The notes below the pieces were generated by a model, which worked only from the letters and a program-made list of their open reading frames with translations, was not told the origin of the DNA and made no database searches. The position numbers were made by a program, and so were the translations under genes. From positions 36,186 to 100,185 of the forward strand of contig CAVVLH010000006.1 of the NCBI GenBank assembly GCA_963748805.1: a DNA stretch of 64,000 bases. The letters run 5' to 3'. The DNA comes from an uncultured Alphaproteobacteria bacterium. GTDB taxonomy: Bacteria > Pseudomonadota > Alphaproteobacteria > Rhizobiales > Xanthobacteraceae. Of the stretch, positions 1-11,743 are shown in pieces. Each line of letters starts with the position of its first letter. The first letter of the stretch is position 1.

Positions 1-10
1 ACGGCAGATT

Positions 11-33
11 GCCCCTCTCCCTTGCGGGACAGG
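11..33. repeat. Partial CCTCTCCC-N4-GGGAGAGG-type palindromic repeat hairpin
   Basis: cctctccc-ttgc-gggacagg matches the terminal hairpin of the element at 36406-36512 with one mismatch. Confidence 0.5.
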
Positions 34-99
34 TAAAGAGCGCGTTTTAAGCACAGTATTGTAAAGATCGCCGGGCAGCACTCACGCAAGGAACAGGTC

Positions 100-906
100 G
101 TGGCCGACGAGCCTGAACATTCCAGCGATGGACCACTGGATCGCGCGATTGCTATCCTGACCTTTGTTGCCGAACAGAAGAAGGCGCTTTCTGCCGCCGA
201 AATCGCATCCGCGCTCACTCTTCCACTGCCAACCGCGCATCGCCTGATCGGCAACCTTGAAAGCCGGGGCTTGATTCAAAAAGCTCTCGGCACGAAACGC
301 TACGTGGTCGGAAGCAAACTGGTCACGCTGTCGGCCAAGACCATCGGGGCGGCGTTTCGTACGGTGCGCCGGCACGCCGTCCTGAGTGCGGTCGCCGACC
401 GCATCGGCGAACAGTGCGAGATCGGCGTTGTCCGCGACAACGTCGTCGTTTACGTCGACAGCGTGCGATCCAAGCAGCAGCAAGCGTTGCAGTTCAATCC
501 CGGCGACGCAGCTCCCCTCCACTGTACCTCGACGGGCAAGATCTACATGAGCCGGCTGCCCGCGAAGGTTCGGCACCGGCTGGTGCATTCGCTTTCTCTG
601 GTTCGATATACCCCGAAGACGATCGCTGATCCCAAAGAGTTGCTGACGCTGCTCGAAGAGACACGAAGCAGAGGCTGGGCGAAGACCAACGAGGAGTTCG
701 TTCGGGGCGTGGTGGGTTGCGCCGTGCCGATCGTCTCTCCGGCGGGCGACCTCATTGCGTGTTTGGGGGTTTCGGTGCCTGCGGCGCGCGTCGGTTTTGC
801 CGGCCTGGATGCCTTCATCGGTCCGTTGCAGGGGGCAGCGGCCCTGTTGTCCGAAACGATCCTTCAGGACAATGAAGAAGCAGACGATTCTCAATTTTCG
901 GAATAA
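100..906 (+). CDS. IclR family transcriptional regulator
   Basis: N-terminal HTH (LDRAIAIL...LPLPTAHRLIGNLESRGLI); C-terminal IclR effector domain (LHCTSTGKIY, TRSRGWA, GCAVPI). Confidence 0.93.
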   Translation: MADEPEHSSDGPLDRAIAILTFVAEQKKALSAAEIASALTLPLPTAHRLIGNLESRGLIQKALGTKRYVVGSKLVTLSAKTIGAAFRTVRRHAVLSAVADRIGEQCEIGVVRDNVVVYVDSVRSKQQQALQFNPGDAAPLHCTSTGKIYMSRLPAKVRHRLVHSLSLVRYTPKTIADPKELLTLLEETRSRGWAKTNEEFVRGVVGCAVPIVSPAGDLIACLGVSVPAARVGFAGLDAFIGPLQGAAALLSETILQDNEEADDSQFSE

Positions 907-1096
907 AATCTCTCGTTTTTCGTCTTTTGAACTCGACCATGCACGGCCTTGATGTATCTTCGAGGCAGATGATTGAGCTGATCGGATTTTACGCAGCTCT
1001 TTGCTGATCCACGTCGCCAATACCTGAGCTGATCAAGCGCACTCGCCGGACCGTCCGGCGAGACGCCTCGCTATGCCCAGAATTACCGGAGTAATC

Positions 1097-2278
1097 ATGA
1101 GCCAGCATTATGACGTTGCTGCCGTTCGCAAGTCGTTCCCGGCGGCCGAGCACGTCGTCTATCTCGACAGCGGTTTCCAGACCCCGCTCTCGCTTCCGGT
1201 AAAAGAGGCCTACGAACGCTTTCTGCGGGAAGGACTCGAAACAGCGGGTCCCAAACCAATCTGGCTCAACCGTCTCGAAGAAACTCGCGTCAAGGTCGCT
1301 GCCTTTCTCGGCGTCAAACCGCACGAAATCGCCTTCACCAAGAACACCTCTGAAAGCATGAACATCGCCGCCAACGCGCTGCCGCTACGCGCCGGCGATA
1401 AGGTCCTGATGATCCATGGCGATCATCCCAACAACGCTTACGCGTTTCTGAATTTACAGAAGAAGGGCGTGGAAATCGTCTTCATTCCCATGACGGAAAT
1501 TGTGGACGCGGAAAGCTTCCGGCCGCACATCGACGAAAGGACGCGGGCGATCTCGATGTCGCATGTCACTTTCCACGCCGGGCATCGGTTCAACGTCGAA
1601 AGCGTGGGCGAACTATGTGCGCAGCATTCCCTCTACTTCATCGTGGACGTGATGCAGGCTATCGGCGTGGTGCCGATCGACGCCAAGGCCATGAAGGCGA
1701 CCTTCATCGGCTCCGGCACCCACAAGGGCCTGCTCGTCCCGCAAGGACTCGGTCTGCTCTACTGGGACGAGGCACGGACCGAGCTGGAACCGGCCTACCT
1801 TGCGGCTGCGAGTTTTGCCGAACCACCGCTCGATTTCATCGCCCGGCCGGACAACATGGCCTTGCCTCCGACGGCGGGGCGGTTCGAACTCGGAAACTTC
1901 AACCTTCCCGCCATCCAGGGTCTGGGCGCGGCGATCGATTTCATCAACGCGGTCGGCATCGAAAAAATTCAGCGCCACTGCTTCGAGCTCGGCGACCATC
2001 TGATCGAATGCCTCGATCAACTCGACGTCGGACTGGTCGGACCACGTGATCGGCAACACCGCGCGCCGCACATCTACGTCATCGCCCTGCCCGCGGCCGA
2101 CTGGCTGGAATACTTCACGCAGAACGGCATCCGCGTCTCGCCCGAGCGCGATGGGATTCGGGTGTCGCTGGGCATGTTCAACACGATGGCGGACATCGAC
2201 AGGCTGATCGGGGCCATCCGCGCCCGCAATGCGTCTCCTGTTCAGACCCGTACGGCCGTCCTGTCCAAACTCGGATAG
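1097..2278 (+). CDS. Class V PLP-dependent aminotransferase-fold enzyme
   Basis: YLDSG, FTKNTSESMN, VDVMQAIG and GTHKGLL (PLP lysine) motifs; GGAG RBS before ATG 1097; no C-terminal desulfurase Cys motif. Confidence 0.88.
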   Translation: MSQHYDVAAVRKSFPAAEHVVYLDSGFQTPLSLPVKEAYERFLREGLETAGPKPIWLNRLEETRVKVAAFLGVKPHEIAFTKNTSESMNIAANALPLRAGDKVLMIHGDHPNNAYAFLNLQKKGVEIVFIPMTEIVDAESFRPHIDERTRAISMSHVTFHAGHRFNVESVGELCAQHSLYFIVDVMQAIGVVPIDAKAMKATFIGSGTHKGLLVPQGLGLLYWDEARTELEPAYLAAASFAEPPLDFIARPDNMALPPTAGRFELGNFNLPAIQGLGAAIDFINAVGIEKIQRHCFELGDHLIECLDQLDVGLVGPRDRQHRAPHIYVIALPAADWLEYFTQNGIRVSPERDGIRVSLGMFNTMADIDRLIGAIRARNASPVQTRTAVLSKLG

Positions 2279-2376
2279 GCCGATCAGGCTTTTACCATTC
2301 GCGACGGCACCCCGAGATGCTGAAAAGCGCCACAGCTCGGATGCTTCAGACCCCAGGTGGCGCGAAGGATCACGTC

Positions 2377-3675
2377 ATGCAGGTTGGCGGCAAAACGCAG
2401 AATCCAAATCGGCTGACCACGTACATCATGGTCAGCCTGTTCCTTGGCATCGCCGCGGGCTACGCGTGCAATACGCTCGCGAGCCCGGAGCAGGCCAAAG
2501 TCATCGCCGGATATTTCTCGATCGCGGCGGACATCTTTCTGCGAATGATCAAAATGATCATCGCACCGCTGGTGTTTGCCACGATCGTATCCGGAATTTC
2601 CAGCCTGGGGGCGAGCGGCGGCGCCGTCGGGCGTATCGCCGTCAAGGCATTGGCCTGGTTCATCACCGCATCGGTGATATCGCTGCTGGTCGGGCTGTTG
2701 CTCGCAAACGTGCTCCAGCCAGGCCATGGCCTTGGTCTGACCCTGCCCGAGGCGAATGCTACAACCAACGTTCAAACCGGCAGCCTGAACATCAAGGATT
2801 TCGCCGCTCACGTCTTCCCTATCAGCGTCGTGCAGGCGATGGCAGGCAACGAAGTGCTGCAAATTCTCGTCTTCTCGATGTTCTTCGGCTTCGCGCTGAG
2901 CGCCGTCAAGACGACGCTTGCCCCGGACATTGCAAAGTCGATCGATCAGATCGTTCCGGTCATGCTCAAGTTCACCGACTATGTCATGCGTTTCGCGCCA
3001 CTAGGCGTGTTCGCGGCAATGGCCGCGGTGATCACCACGCAGGGTGTAGGCGTTCTCGTCACTTACGGAAAGTTCGTCAGCGCCTTCTACTTCGGCCTCG
3101 CGGTTCTCTGGCTCATCATCATCTTCGCAGGCAGCATGGTTCTTGGCGGGGCCATCAAGCCTCTGCTTCGCCTGCTCCGACAGCCGATGATGATCGCCTT
3201 CTCGACCTCGAGCAGCGAGGCGGCATTCCCGAAGATGATCGAGCAGCTGATGAAGTTCGGCGTCTCCGAACGCATCACCGGTTTCGTCCTGCCGCTCGGC
3301 TACTCGTTCAATCTCGACGGCTCGATGATGTATCAGACGTTTGCGGCGCTGTTCGTAGCTCAAGCATTCGGCATCGAGATGCCGATCACGACCCAGATCG
3401 CAATGCTGCTTCTCTTGATGATTACCAGCAAGGGCATCGCCGGTGTGCCGCGCGCATCCCTGGTCGTGGCGGCGGCGACGCTTCCCACTTTTGGCCTGCC
3501 GGCCGGAGGCCTCGTCCTGCTGATCGGCATCGACGCCTTTCTGGATATGGGACGGACGATGACCAACGTCATCGGCAACGGTGTCGCGACCGCTGTCGTT
3601 GCGAAGTGGGAGAACGAGCTCAGTGAGCCTGTCGAGGAAGATGCCGAACTCCTGACAACGGCCGTCGCGGGATAG
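2377..3675 (+). CDS. Dicarboxylate/amino acid:cation symporter (DAACS, DctA/GltP-like)
   Basis: FLRMIKMIIAPLVF, AFSTSSSEAAFP, VLPLGYSFNLDGS and DMGRTMTNVIGN motifs; start could be 2317. Confidence 0.95.
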   Translation: MQVGGKTQNPNRLTTYIMVSLFLGIAAGYACNTLASPEQAKVIAGYFSIAADIFLRMIKMIIAPLVFATIVSGISSLGASGGAVGRIAVKALAWFITASVISLLVGLLLANVLQPGHGLGLTLPEANATTNVQTGSLNIKDFAAHVFPISVVQAMAGNEVLQILVFSMFFGFALSAVKTTLAPDIAKSIDQIVPVMLKFTDYVMRFAPLGVFAAMAAVITTQGVGVLVTYGKFVSAFYFGLAVLWLIIIFAGSMVLGGAIKPLLRLLRQPMMIAFSTSSSEAAFPKMIEQLMKFGVSERITGFVLPLGYSFNLDGSMMYQTFAALFVAQAFGIEMPITTQIAMLLLLMITSKGIAGVPRASLVVAAATLPTFGLPAGGLVLLIGIDAFLDMGRTMTNVIGNGVATAVVAKWENELSEPVEEDAELLTTAVAG

Positions 3676-3886
3676 AGGCCAATTCAGGCTGGCCGCCGCG
3701 ATTGTGAGGGGTCATGTCCGCGCCGGCCCAAATCAGGCACTTCAAACGCGTTTAAAAATTATCAGCTCCGCCGAGCCTCGCAGCGTTTCGCATCCACGTA
3801 TTTTCCCGGGGGCATTATCATTTTTTTTACCGTAAAGACATTATTATGCAGCGCGACAATTTTTCATCCTGCTCGCGGGGAAAGAC

Positions 3887-4894
3887 ATGCGTGACACGAT
3901 GCGAAGGCGGCATTTCCTTGCGGGTGCCGCTGCGGCCACCATGACTTCGGGCTTCCGGAGCCGGCGCGCCTATGCTTCTGTCCAGCCGCAGGTCTTGCGG
4001 ATAGGCATCACCAATCCCCGGGATTCCCAATTCGGTGCCGGCGCGCTGGAATTCGCCAGCTACATCCAGCACAATTGCGGTGGCCGCCTGAGGGTCGAGT
4101 TGTACCCCGTGGGCGAAGCGGGTGGCGAACTGGAGATGTGCCAGGATCTCATCGCCGGTACACTTGAGATGGCGTTTGCATCGTCGGTGGTTTTTGCCAC
4201 GATCGCTCCAGAACTCAGCATCTTTGATATTCCCTTCCTGTTTCGCGATCTGGGCCACGCCCGCTCGGTGCTCGATGGCGAGATTGGCAAAGCAGCGCTG
4301 GCGCGGCTCGCGCCAACCGGTTTGGTCGGTCTCGCCTGGGGCGAAAACGGGCTTCGCCATCTCACAACCACCGACCGCGCCGTTCATCGGCCGGAAGACC
4401 TCAAGGGGCTGAAGCTTCGCGTGCCGCAATCCGAAGTGATGGTGGCAAGCTTCAAGGCGATCGGCGCGGCCGCGGGCTCGCTGCCCTTCCCTGAACTTTA
4501 CACAGCCCTGTCCTCCGGCGCATTCCAGGCCGAGGAAAATCCGATTGCCACCGTGCTTGCGGCGAATTTCGACAAGGTTCAGCACTATCTGTGCCTGACC
4601 GGACATGTTTACTCGCCGGCCGCCTTCCTTGTCTCAAAGCGGGTTTTCGAACGCCTTTCGCCGGAGGATCAAGACGCGTTCCGCGCCGCCGGCATCGCCG
4701 GAAGCAGGGCCAGCCGCGTCTATATCGATCGGGTCGAAAAGAGCGGCATTGAAGAGCTGCGCCGCCGCGGCATGAAGGTAATCGAGGATATCGACCGCCC
4801 GGCTTTCGCGGCCTCGCTCGCCAGCCTTGAACCCCAATTCCAGAAGCAGTTTGGCAAAGACAACATCGACGCCATTCGTGCGTTCGGCAAATGA
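3887..4894 (+). CDS. TRAP transporter substrate-binding protein (DctP family) with Tat signal
   Basis: RRRHFL twin-arginine leader; [33 protein letters not shown] motifs. Confidence 0.93.
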   Translation: MRDTMRRRHFLAGAAAATMTSGFRSRRAYASVQPQVLRIGITNPRDSQFGAGALEFASYIQHNCGGRLRVELYPVGEAGGELEMCQDLIAGTLEMAFASSVVFATIAPELSIFDIPFLFRDLGHARSVLDGEIGKAALARLAPTGLVGLAWGENGLRHLTTTDRAVHRPEDLKGLKLRVPQSEVMVASFKAIGAAAGSLPFPELYTALSSGAFQAEENPIATVLAANFDKVQHYLCLTGHVYSPAAFLVSKRVFERLSPEDQDAFRAAGIAGSRASRVYIDRVEKSGIEELRRRGMKVIEDIDRPAFAASLASLEPQFQKQFGKDNIDAIRAFGK

Positions 4895-6909
4895 GGCAAC
4901 AACCGATGTCTTTGCTGTCTGTGGTAAACCGGATCAGCCTTAATGGCCGCCTGATCGGCGGTTTCGGACTTTTGATGGTGCTGATCGGAAGCACCTCGAT
5001 TTTCTATAATGTTCGCATTCGCGAGGTGCGGGACAACGTTGCGCGCATCGAGCGCGCGTCGGCGGCCACCGACACGGTGGGTGACTTTACCCGTCATCTC
5101 TTGCTGCTGCGGTCGATCGCCGTCGATTATTTCCGTTCCGGCTCGGCCGCGGACCGCGCACGGACGCTCGCGGCTTTCGAGCCGCTCGACAAATCCATCG
5201 CCGGGCTGAGCGAAGTCGCGGGCTCGCGCGGCGATCTTCTGCGCACCGGCCTCGCCAATTATCATGCCGCGTTCAGCAAACTGGACGAGGAAATCAAAAA
5301 GCGTCAGGCGGCGCTCCAGGCGATGAACGCCAGCGCCGCCCGGCTCACCAACACGTTGACGACGGTGACGCGTGACCTTGGAGCCGCGAACGAAGCGGCG
5401 CTCCCGGCCGCTCAACGGCTCGAACAGGCGTTCCAGGCGCTTCGCGCCGTCGCCTATCGCTATGCTGCAACACCATCCTCGATCGATCTCGATATCATCA
5501 CCGCGGAACGGGAAAGAGTCGTCAGGGAATTGGCCGAGGTGAAGGCGTTGCCTTCGGCCGATCCCGCGCTCGCCAAGATCATCGCGGCGCTGCCGGCGCA
5601 GGTCGAAAAATTGCTGGGTTACTCCGATCAGCTGGTCAGCATGGCGGCCTCGACGGAAGGGAGTTTTGCGGCTCTGGTCAATTCCGGGATCAAGCTCGGT
5701 GACGATGCCGAAGCCTTGCGCAGCGAAAACCAAACCAGCCGCAACACCGCGATTTCAACCGCAACCCGGATTGCCGAAGACGCTTCGACGGCCGGCTCGA
5801 TTGCGGCGGTAGCAGGCGAAGTCCTCGCCGTCATCCTGGCAGCCCTCATCACGATTTCGATCTCGACACTGATCAAGCGGATCACGCAAACGATGTCGAA
5901 GCTGGCGGCCGGCGATCTGAACGTCGAAATCGAGGGTGCCGAGCGCAGTGACCAGATCGGCAACATGGCGCGGGCCGTCGGCATCTTCAAGGCGAATGCC
6001 GTTCGGATTGCCGAGGTCGAAGCGGAGAAGAATCGCCTCGCGTCCCAGACCGAACAGGATCGCAAGGCCGGCTTGAGAGAGCTTGCCTCGCGGCTGGAGC
6101 GCGCGGTCAAGGACATCGCCGACGGCGTGAAGCATTCGGCCCAGAGAATGCACGATGGCGCGTCGACCATGAGCGGAGCCGCCGAGCGGACCAAGGCCCA
6201 GTCGAGCACCGTGTCGGCCGCATCCGAGCAGGCATCGATGAATGTTCAGACGGTGGCTTCCGCGGCCGAGGAATTATCGGCCTCGATCCGCGAGATCGGT
6301 CAACAGGCGCAAAGCTCGGCCACCGTCGCACGGCGCGCCGCCGAGCAGGCCGGCCAGACCACGACCACGATGGAACGGCTGTCCCAGGCCGCCGACCGCA
6401 TCGGTGAGGTGGTCAACCTGATCAACACCATCGCCGCGCAGACCAACCTGCTGGCACTCAACGCGACGATCGAAGCCGCGCGTGCGGGAGAGGCCGGCAG
6501 GGGCTTTGCCGTCGTCGCATCGGAAGTCAAAACGCTCGCCTCCCAGACCGCGCGCGCGACCGGAGATATCGCAGCCCAGATATCGTCGATCCAGAGCGAG
6601 ACCAAGGAGGCCGCCGCGGCCATCAAGGGCATCGAATCCGTCATCCTGGAAATCAACCACATCGCGACCGCGACCGCGAGCGCCGTCGAGGAACAGGGTG
6701 CGGCGACAAGCGAAATCGCACGCAATGTCCAGCGGGCTGCGCAGGGTACCGATGAGGTCTCCAGCAACATCGCAGGCGTGCTCGAGTCCGCAGCAAAAAC
6801 CGACGAGCATGCGCGCATCGCGCTGGAGAATTCCAACGAATTGTCCGATCAGGCAGACCGGCTCTGGCAAGCGGTCATCGGCTTCGTCGAAGACGTGAAG
6901 GCGGCCTGA
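4891..6909 (+). CDS. Methyl-accepting chemotaxis protein (2 TM, ~260-aa helical periplasmic domain, HAMP, signalling domain)
   Basis: [37 protein letters not shown] signature; HAMP (MSKLAAGDL...[10 protein letters not shown]); ATGA overlap with the upstream gene. Confidence 0.96.
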   Translation: MRQQPMSLLSVVNRISLNGRLIGGFGLLMVLIGSTSIFYNVRIREVRDNVARIERASAATDTVGDFTRHLLLLRSIAVDYFRSGSAADRARTLAAFEPLDKSIAGLSEVAGSRGDLLRTGLANYHAAFSKLDEEIKKRQAALQAMNASAARLTNTLTTVTRDLGAANEAALPAAQRLEQAFQALRAVAYRYAATPSSIDLDIITAERERVVRELAEVKALPSADPALAKIIAALPAQVEKLLGYSDQLVSMAASTEGSFAALVNSGIKLGDDAEALRSENQTSRNTAISTATRIAEDASTAGSIAAVAGEVLAVILAALITISISTLIKRITQTMSKLAAGDLNVEIEGAERSDQIGNMARAVGIFKANAVRIAEVEAEKNRLASQTEQDRKAGLRELASRLERAVKDIADGVKHSAQRMHDGASTMSGAAERTKAQSSTVSAASEQASMNVQTVASAAEELSASIREIGQQAQSSATVARRAAEQAGQTTTTMERLSQAADRIGEVVNLINTIAAQTNLLALNATIEAARAGEAGRGFAVVASEVKTLASQTARATGDIAAQISSIQSETKEAAAAIKGIESVILEINHIATATASAVEEQGAATSEIARNVQRAAQGTDEVSSNIAGVLESAAKTDEHARIALENSNELSDQADRLWQAVIGFVEDVKAA

Positions 6910-9178
<2,269 letters not shown>

Positions 9179-9722
9179 ATGTCCTCCTGCAATTCTCGAA
9201 AAACGACCGTGTGTCTCGTTGATGGCGGCAATCGTCGACCACATGTCGAACGATCGGCGCACGATGAGAGCTTTGACTTCGGATCGATCAGCGTGTCCCG
9301 AAACAAAACCGCGGGACACATCGTAAGTCTCCCGCCACGTTCTGGTGGAAAACTCTTTACCGTCACGTTTAGCCTCGCGTGGCCGGCAGTCTAGAACGTA
9401 ACGGCGACCATTTGAATGAGGTTTTGGAACGCGAAGGCGTTACCGGCCTTCAAATCTTCATTAGCCGGGAGTTCAGTCACAGCAAGTCTGTGTTTCATCA
9501 GATAAAGACTGTCACAAGATGCTTTCGCCTCGCTGCCATCCTTGGAACGAGCTTGACGTCGCTCGAAGGTTTGGAAATCATGACGGGTGTTTGGAAATCC
9601 GTCAGTTTCATTGAAACGTCATTGGAAAGTTCAAGGAATATCACAACTCGGATTTTCGAACGGCGCAGAAAAATAAGCGCTCTCTAATTTGAACCCACGT
9701 ATTATTTTGCTTTCTTCGGTTA

Positions 9723-10286
9723 TTGACAGGTGCGCCGTTGAATAGTGGTGGTGCTTCTGACGGACAGGGCGCCGAGGGCGCCCGCAAGCAGGATGATACC
9801 GACAAGCCGCAATGGCGCCGGCTGGCGCCGCCCCTGATCGCGGCGGTGGTAGCGGGCGTTGCGATCGCTGCGGTACTCTCGCCGCAAAGATCGAACGGAG
9901 AAGGCGCGGAACTCGCCAGCGTCGCAGGCTCCCAGATCGAATCCGCCGCAACCACCATGGATCTGGTCGCCGCCTCAGACGCGGTAGAAGATGCCAAGCG
10001 CTGCCGCATACCGCTCGCCCAGATCACGCTGGCCGCAGCCTCCGGCTCAACCTCAACGATCCGCGTCCGTTCCGGAAGCTATGTGTCGCCGTCCTACGTC
10101 TTGACAGATCAACCGCAGCGCATCGCCATCCCCTTCCCGGCGGCCTATCCGAGCGGCCGCGGCGTCATTTCGGTCGAAGGCCAGGCGCAGAATCTCGCCG
10201 TTGCCCTCACTCCCACCTGGAAAGTAAACTCCCTGACCGGCACGGCAGTCATGAACGTGATCTGGACTCCGAAAACCGGCTGCTAA
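9723..10286 (+). CDS. Hypothetical single-pass membrane protein
   Basis: Hydrophobic LIAAVVAGVAIAAVL segment followed by a beta-rich domain; start uncertain (TTG at 9723 or 9738). Confidence 0.7.
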   Translation: MTGAPLNSGGASDGQGAEGARKQDDTDKPQWRRLAPPLIAAVVAGVAIAAVLSPQRSNGEGAELASVAGSQIESAATTMDLVAASDAVEDAKRCRIPLAQITLAAASGSTSTIRVRSGSYVSPSYVLTDQPQRIAIPFPAAYPSGRGVISVEGQAQNLAVALTPTWKVNSLTGTAVMNVIWTPKTGC

Positions 10287-10387
10287 AGCGCGATGAGATT
10301 TGGCTGAATCGTTATCGCGCTTTAGTTCTTTGATGAAGCATGATCTCTTCGGAAAACCGCTTCACACTTTTCCGGATCATGCTTTAG
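10283..10387. repeat. CIR/RIME-like twin-hairpin intergenic repeat, copy 1
   Basis: CTAAAGC...GCTTTAG ends, two internal hairpins, GAATC at 10306; near-identical inverted copy at 25343-25448. Confidence 0.85.
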
Positions 10388-10412
10388 TGGAGCGGATTTG
10401 ATGTTTGCTACC

Positions 10413-10574
10413 CTAGTGTCCCGATTCCGAAGTTCGTATTATTTTACGGAGCCGCGTTTCGAACTTCGAAATCGAAAGGACACTAGCAAACCTGTTGATC
10501 GAGTGTGGCTTTGGTTCAGAAGTCCGCATGACGAACTCGCGGCGATCATGATGCGGACTTCTGAACCGCCACAC
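10413..10574. repeat. CTAG-bounded twin-hairpin composite element (hairpins 10413-10486 and 10500-10574)
   Basis: ctagtgtccc-gattccgaagttcg...cgaacttcgaaatc-gaaa-ggacactag, a 13-bp core, then gtgtggc-ttt-ggttcagaagtccgcat...atgcggacttctgaacc-gccacac. Confidence 0.8.
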
Positions 10575-10606
10575 GACAATCGGACCACTCGTGAAGCGAG
10601 CGCGCA

Positions 10607-11743
10607 ATGAGCAAGTTCTTCGCCGACCGTCCCCTGCTTGGCTTTCTGATCGTGTCGGTTCTCGCTGCCCTGATCAGCGCCTGGGTATTGAACCCGCAAT
10701 CAAGCCCGATCGATTCCATCAAGGCGTTGATCAGCGGGCTGAACCTCGCCAGGTCCGTCGCGGGCGTGCTGATCCTGCTCGCGGGCGCGGGCATCACCTA
10801 CGTCGCCTGGCGCCTCGGTGGCGATCCGACCGCGATGGGTCTGGTGCCGGCCGGAGCAGGTTATACCGTCGGCCGCCGGCTGACCGTCACGATGCCGGAT
10901 TCAACGACCAAGGTCGTCGCCCGAACGGCAGACGATGCTCTCAACGATCTGGAGAACATGATTGGCCTTGCCCCCGTCAAGTCGGAGGTCAACAAGCTGC
11001 TTGCCAGTCTGGAGATCGAACGCAAGCGGCGCGAACAAGGCCTGCCGGTTGCGCCGACCAGCCGCCACATGGTGTTTACCGGGCCGCCCGGCGTCGGCAA
11101 AACCGTGGTCGCGCGCGCGCTGGGTGAAATCTACAGCTCGCTCGGCGTGCTGCGCAAAGGTCACCTGGTCGAGACCGATCGCGGCAAGGTGGTGGCCGGC
11201 TATATCGGCCAGACCGCGATCAAGATGCTCGAAGTCTGCAAGTCCGCCCATGACGGCATCCTGTTCATCGACGAAGCCTATGCGCTCGCCAGCGATCCGG
11301 GACTTGGTTCGGACTTCGGGCGCGAGGCGATCGACACGCTGCTGAAATATATGGAGGACAATCGCGACCGCATTATCGTGATCGCGGCCGGCTATCCCGA
11401 CGAAATGCGGAAGTTCATCGGCAGCAATCCGGGGCTTGCCAGCCGTTTCACCAAGACCATCAACTTTCCGTCTTACGATGCGTCGGAGCTCGCCGCGATC
11501 TTGCAGGTGATGGCCAAGCAGCAGGGATATTTACTGCCTGAGGGGTTTGAGCCGAAGTTCAAGAATTGGGTCGATGCCGAGCGCAACAGTTCGGACTGGG
11601 GCAACGCGCGCTCGATCCGGACCCTGCTCGAAAAGGCGCGCGAGGCTCACGCGGTCCGCAGCTATTCGGACCCCTCCGCCGACGTGTCGAAGCTCGAACT
11701 TGCCGACCTGGAAAGCGCCTATGGCGCGACGGGATATAAATAA
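10607..11743 (+). CDS. Membrane-anchored AAA+ ATPase, CbbX/CfxQ/SpoVK/EccA family
   Basis: Two N-terminal hydrophobic segments; MIGLAPVK, HMVFTGPPGVGKT (Walker A), ILFIDEAY (Walker B), NPGLASRF. Confidence 0.9.
   Translation: MSKFFADRPLLGFLIVSVLAALISAWVLNPQSSPIDSIKALISGLNLARSVAGVLILLAGAGITYVAWRLGGDPTAMGLVPAGAGYTVGRRLTVTMPDSTTKVVARTADDALNDLENMIGLAPVKSEVNKLLASLEIERKRREQGLPVAPTSRHMVFTGPPGVGKTVVARALGEIYSSLGVLRKGHLVETDRGKVVAGYIGQTAIKMLEVCKSAHDGILFIDEAYALASDPGLGSDFGREAIDTLLKYMEDNRDRIIVIAAGYPDEMRKFIGSNPGLASRFTKTINFPSYDASELAAILQVMAKQQGYLLPEGFEPKFKNWVDAERNSSDWGNARSIRTLLEKAREAHAVRSYSDPSADVSKLELADLESAYGATGYK

Noticed and set aside
1097-2278. Cysteine desulfurase (SufS/IscS)
   Set aside because: No catalytic Cys loop motif in the C-terminal domain and no suf/isc neighbours
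10413-10574. CRISPR array or integron attC cassettes (conserved stems with variable ~20-nt inserts)
   Set aside because: At most two adjacent units, inverted rather than direct; no cas or intI gene; no GTTRRRY core sites
10607-11743. Rubisco activase CbbX or type VII secretion EccA
   Set aside because: No cbbLS or ESX/FtsK genes in the window, and N-terminal TM helices are atypical of both
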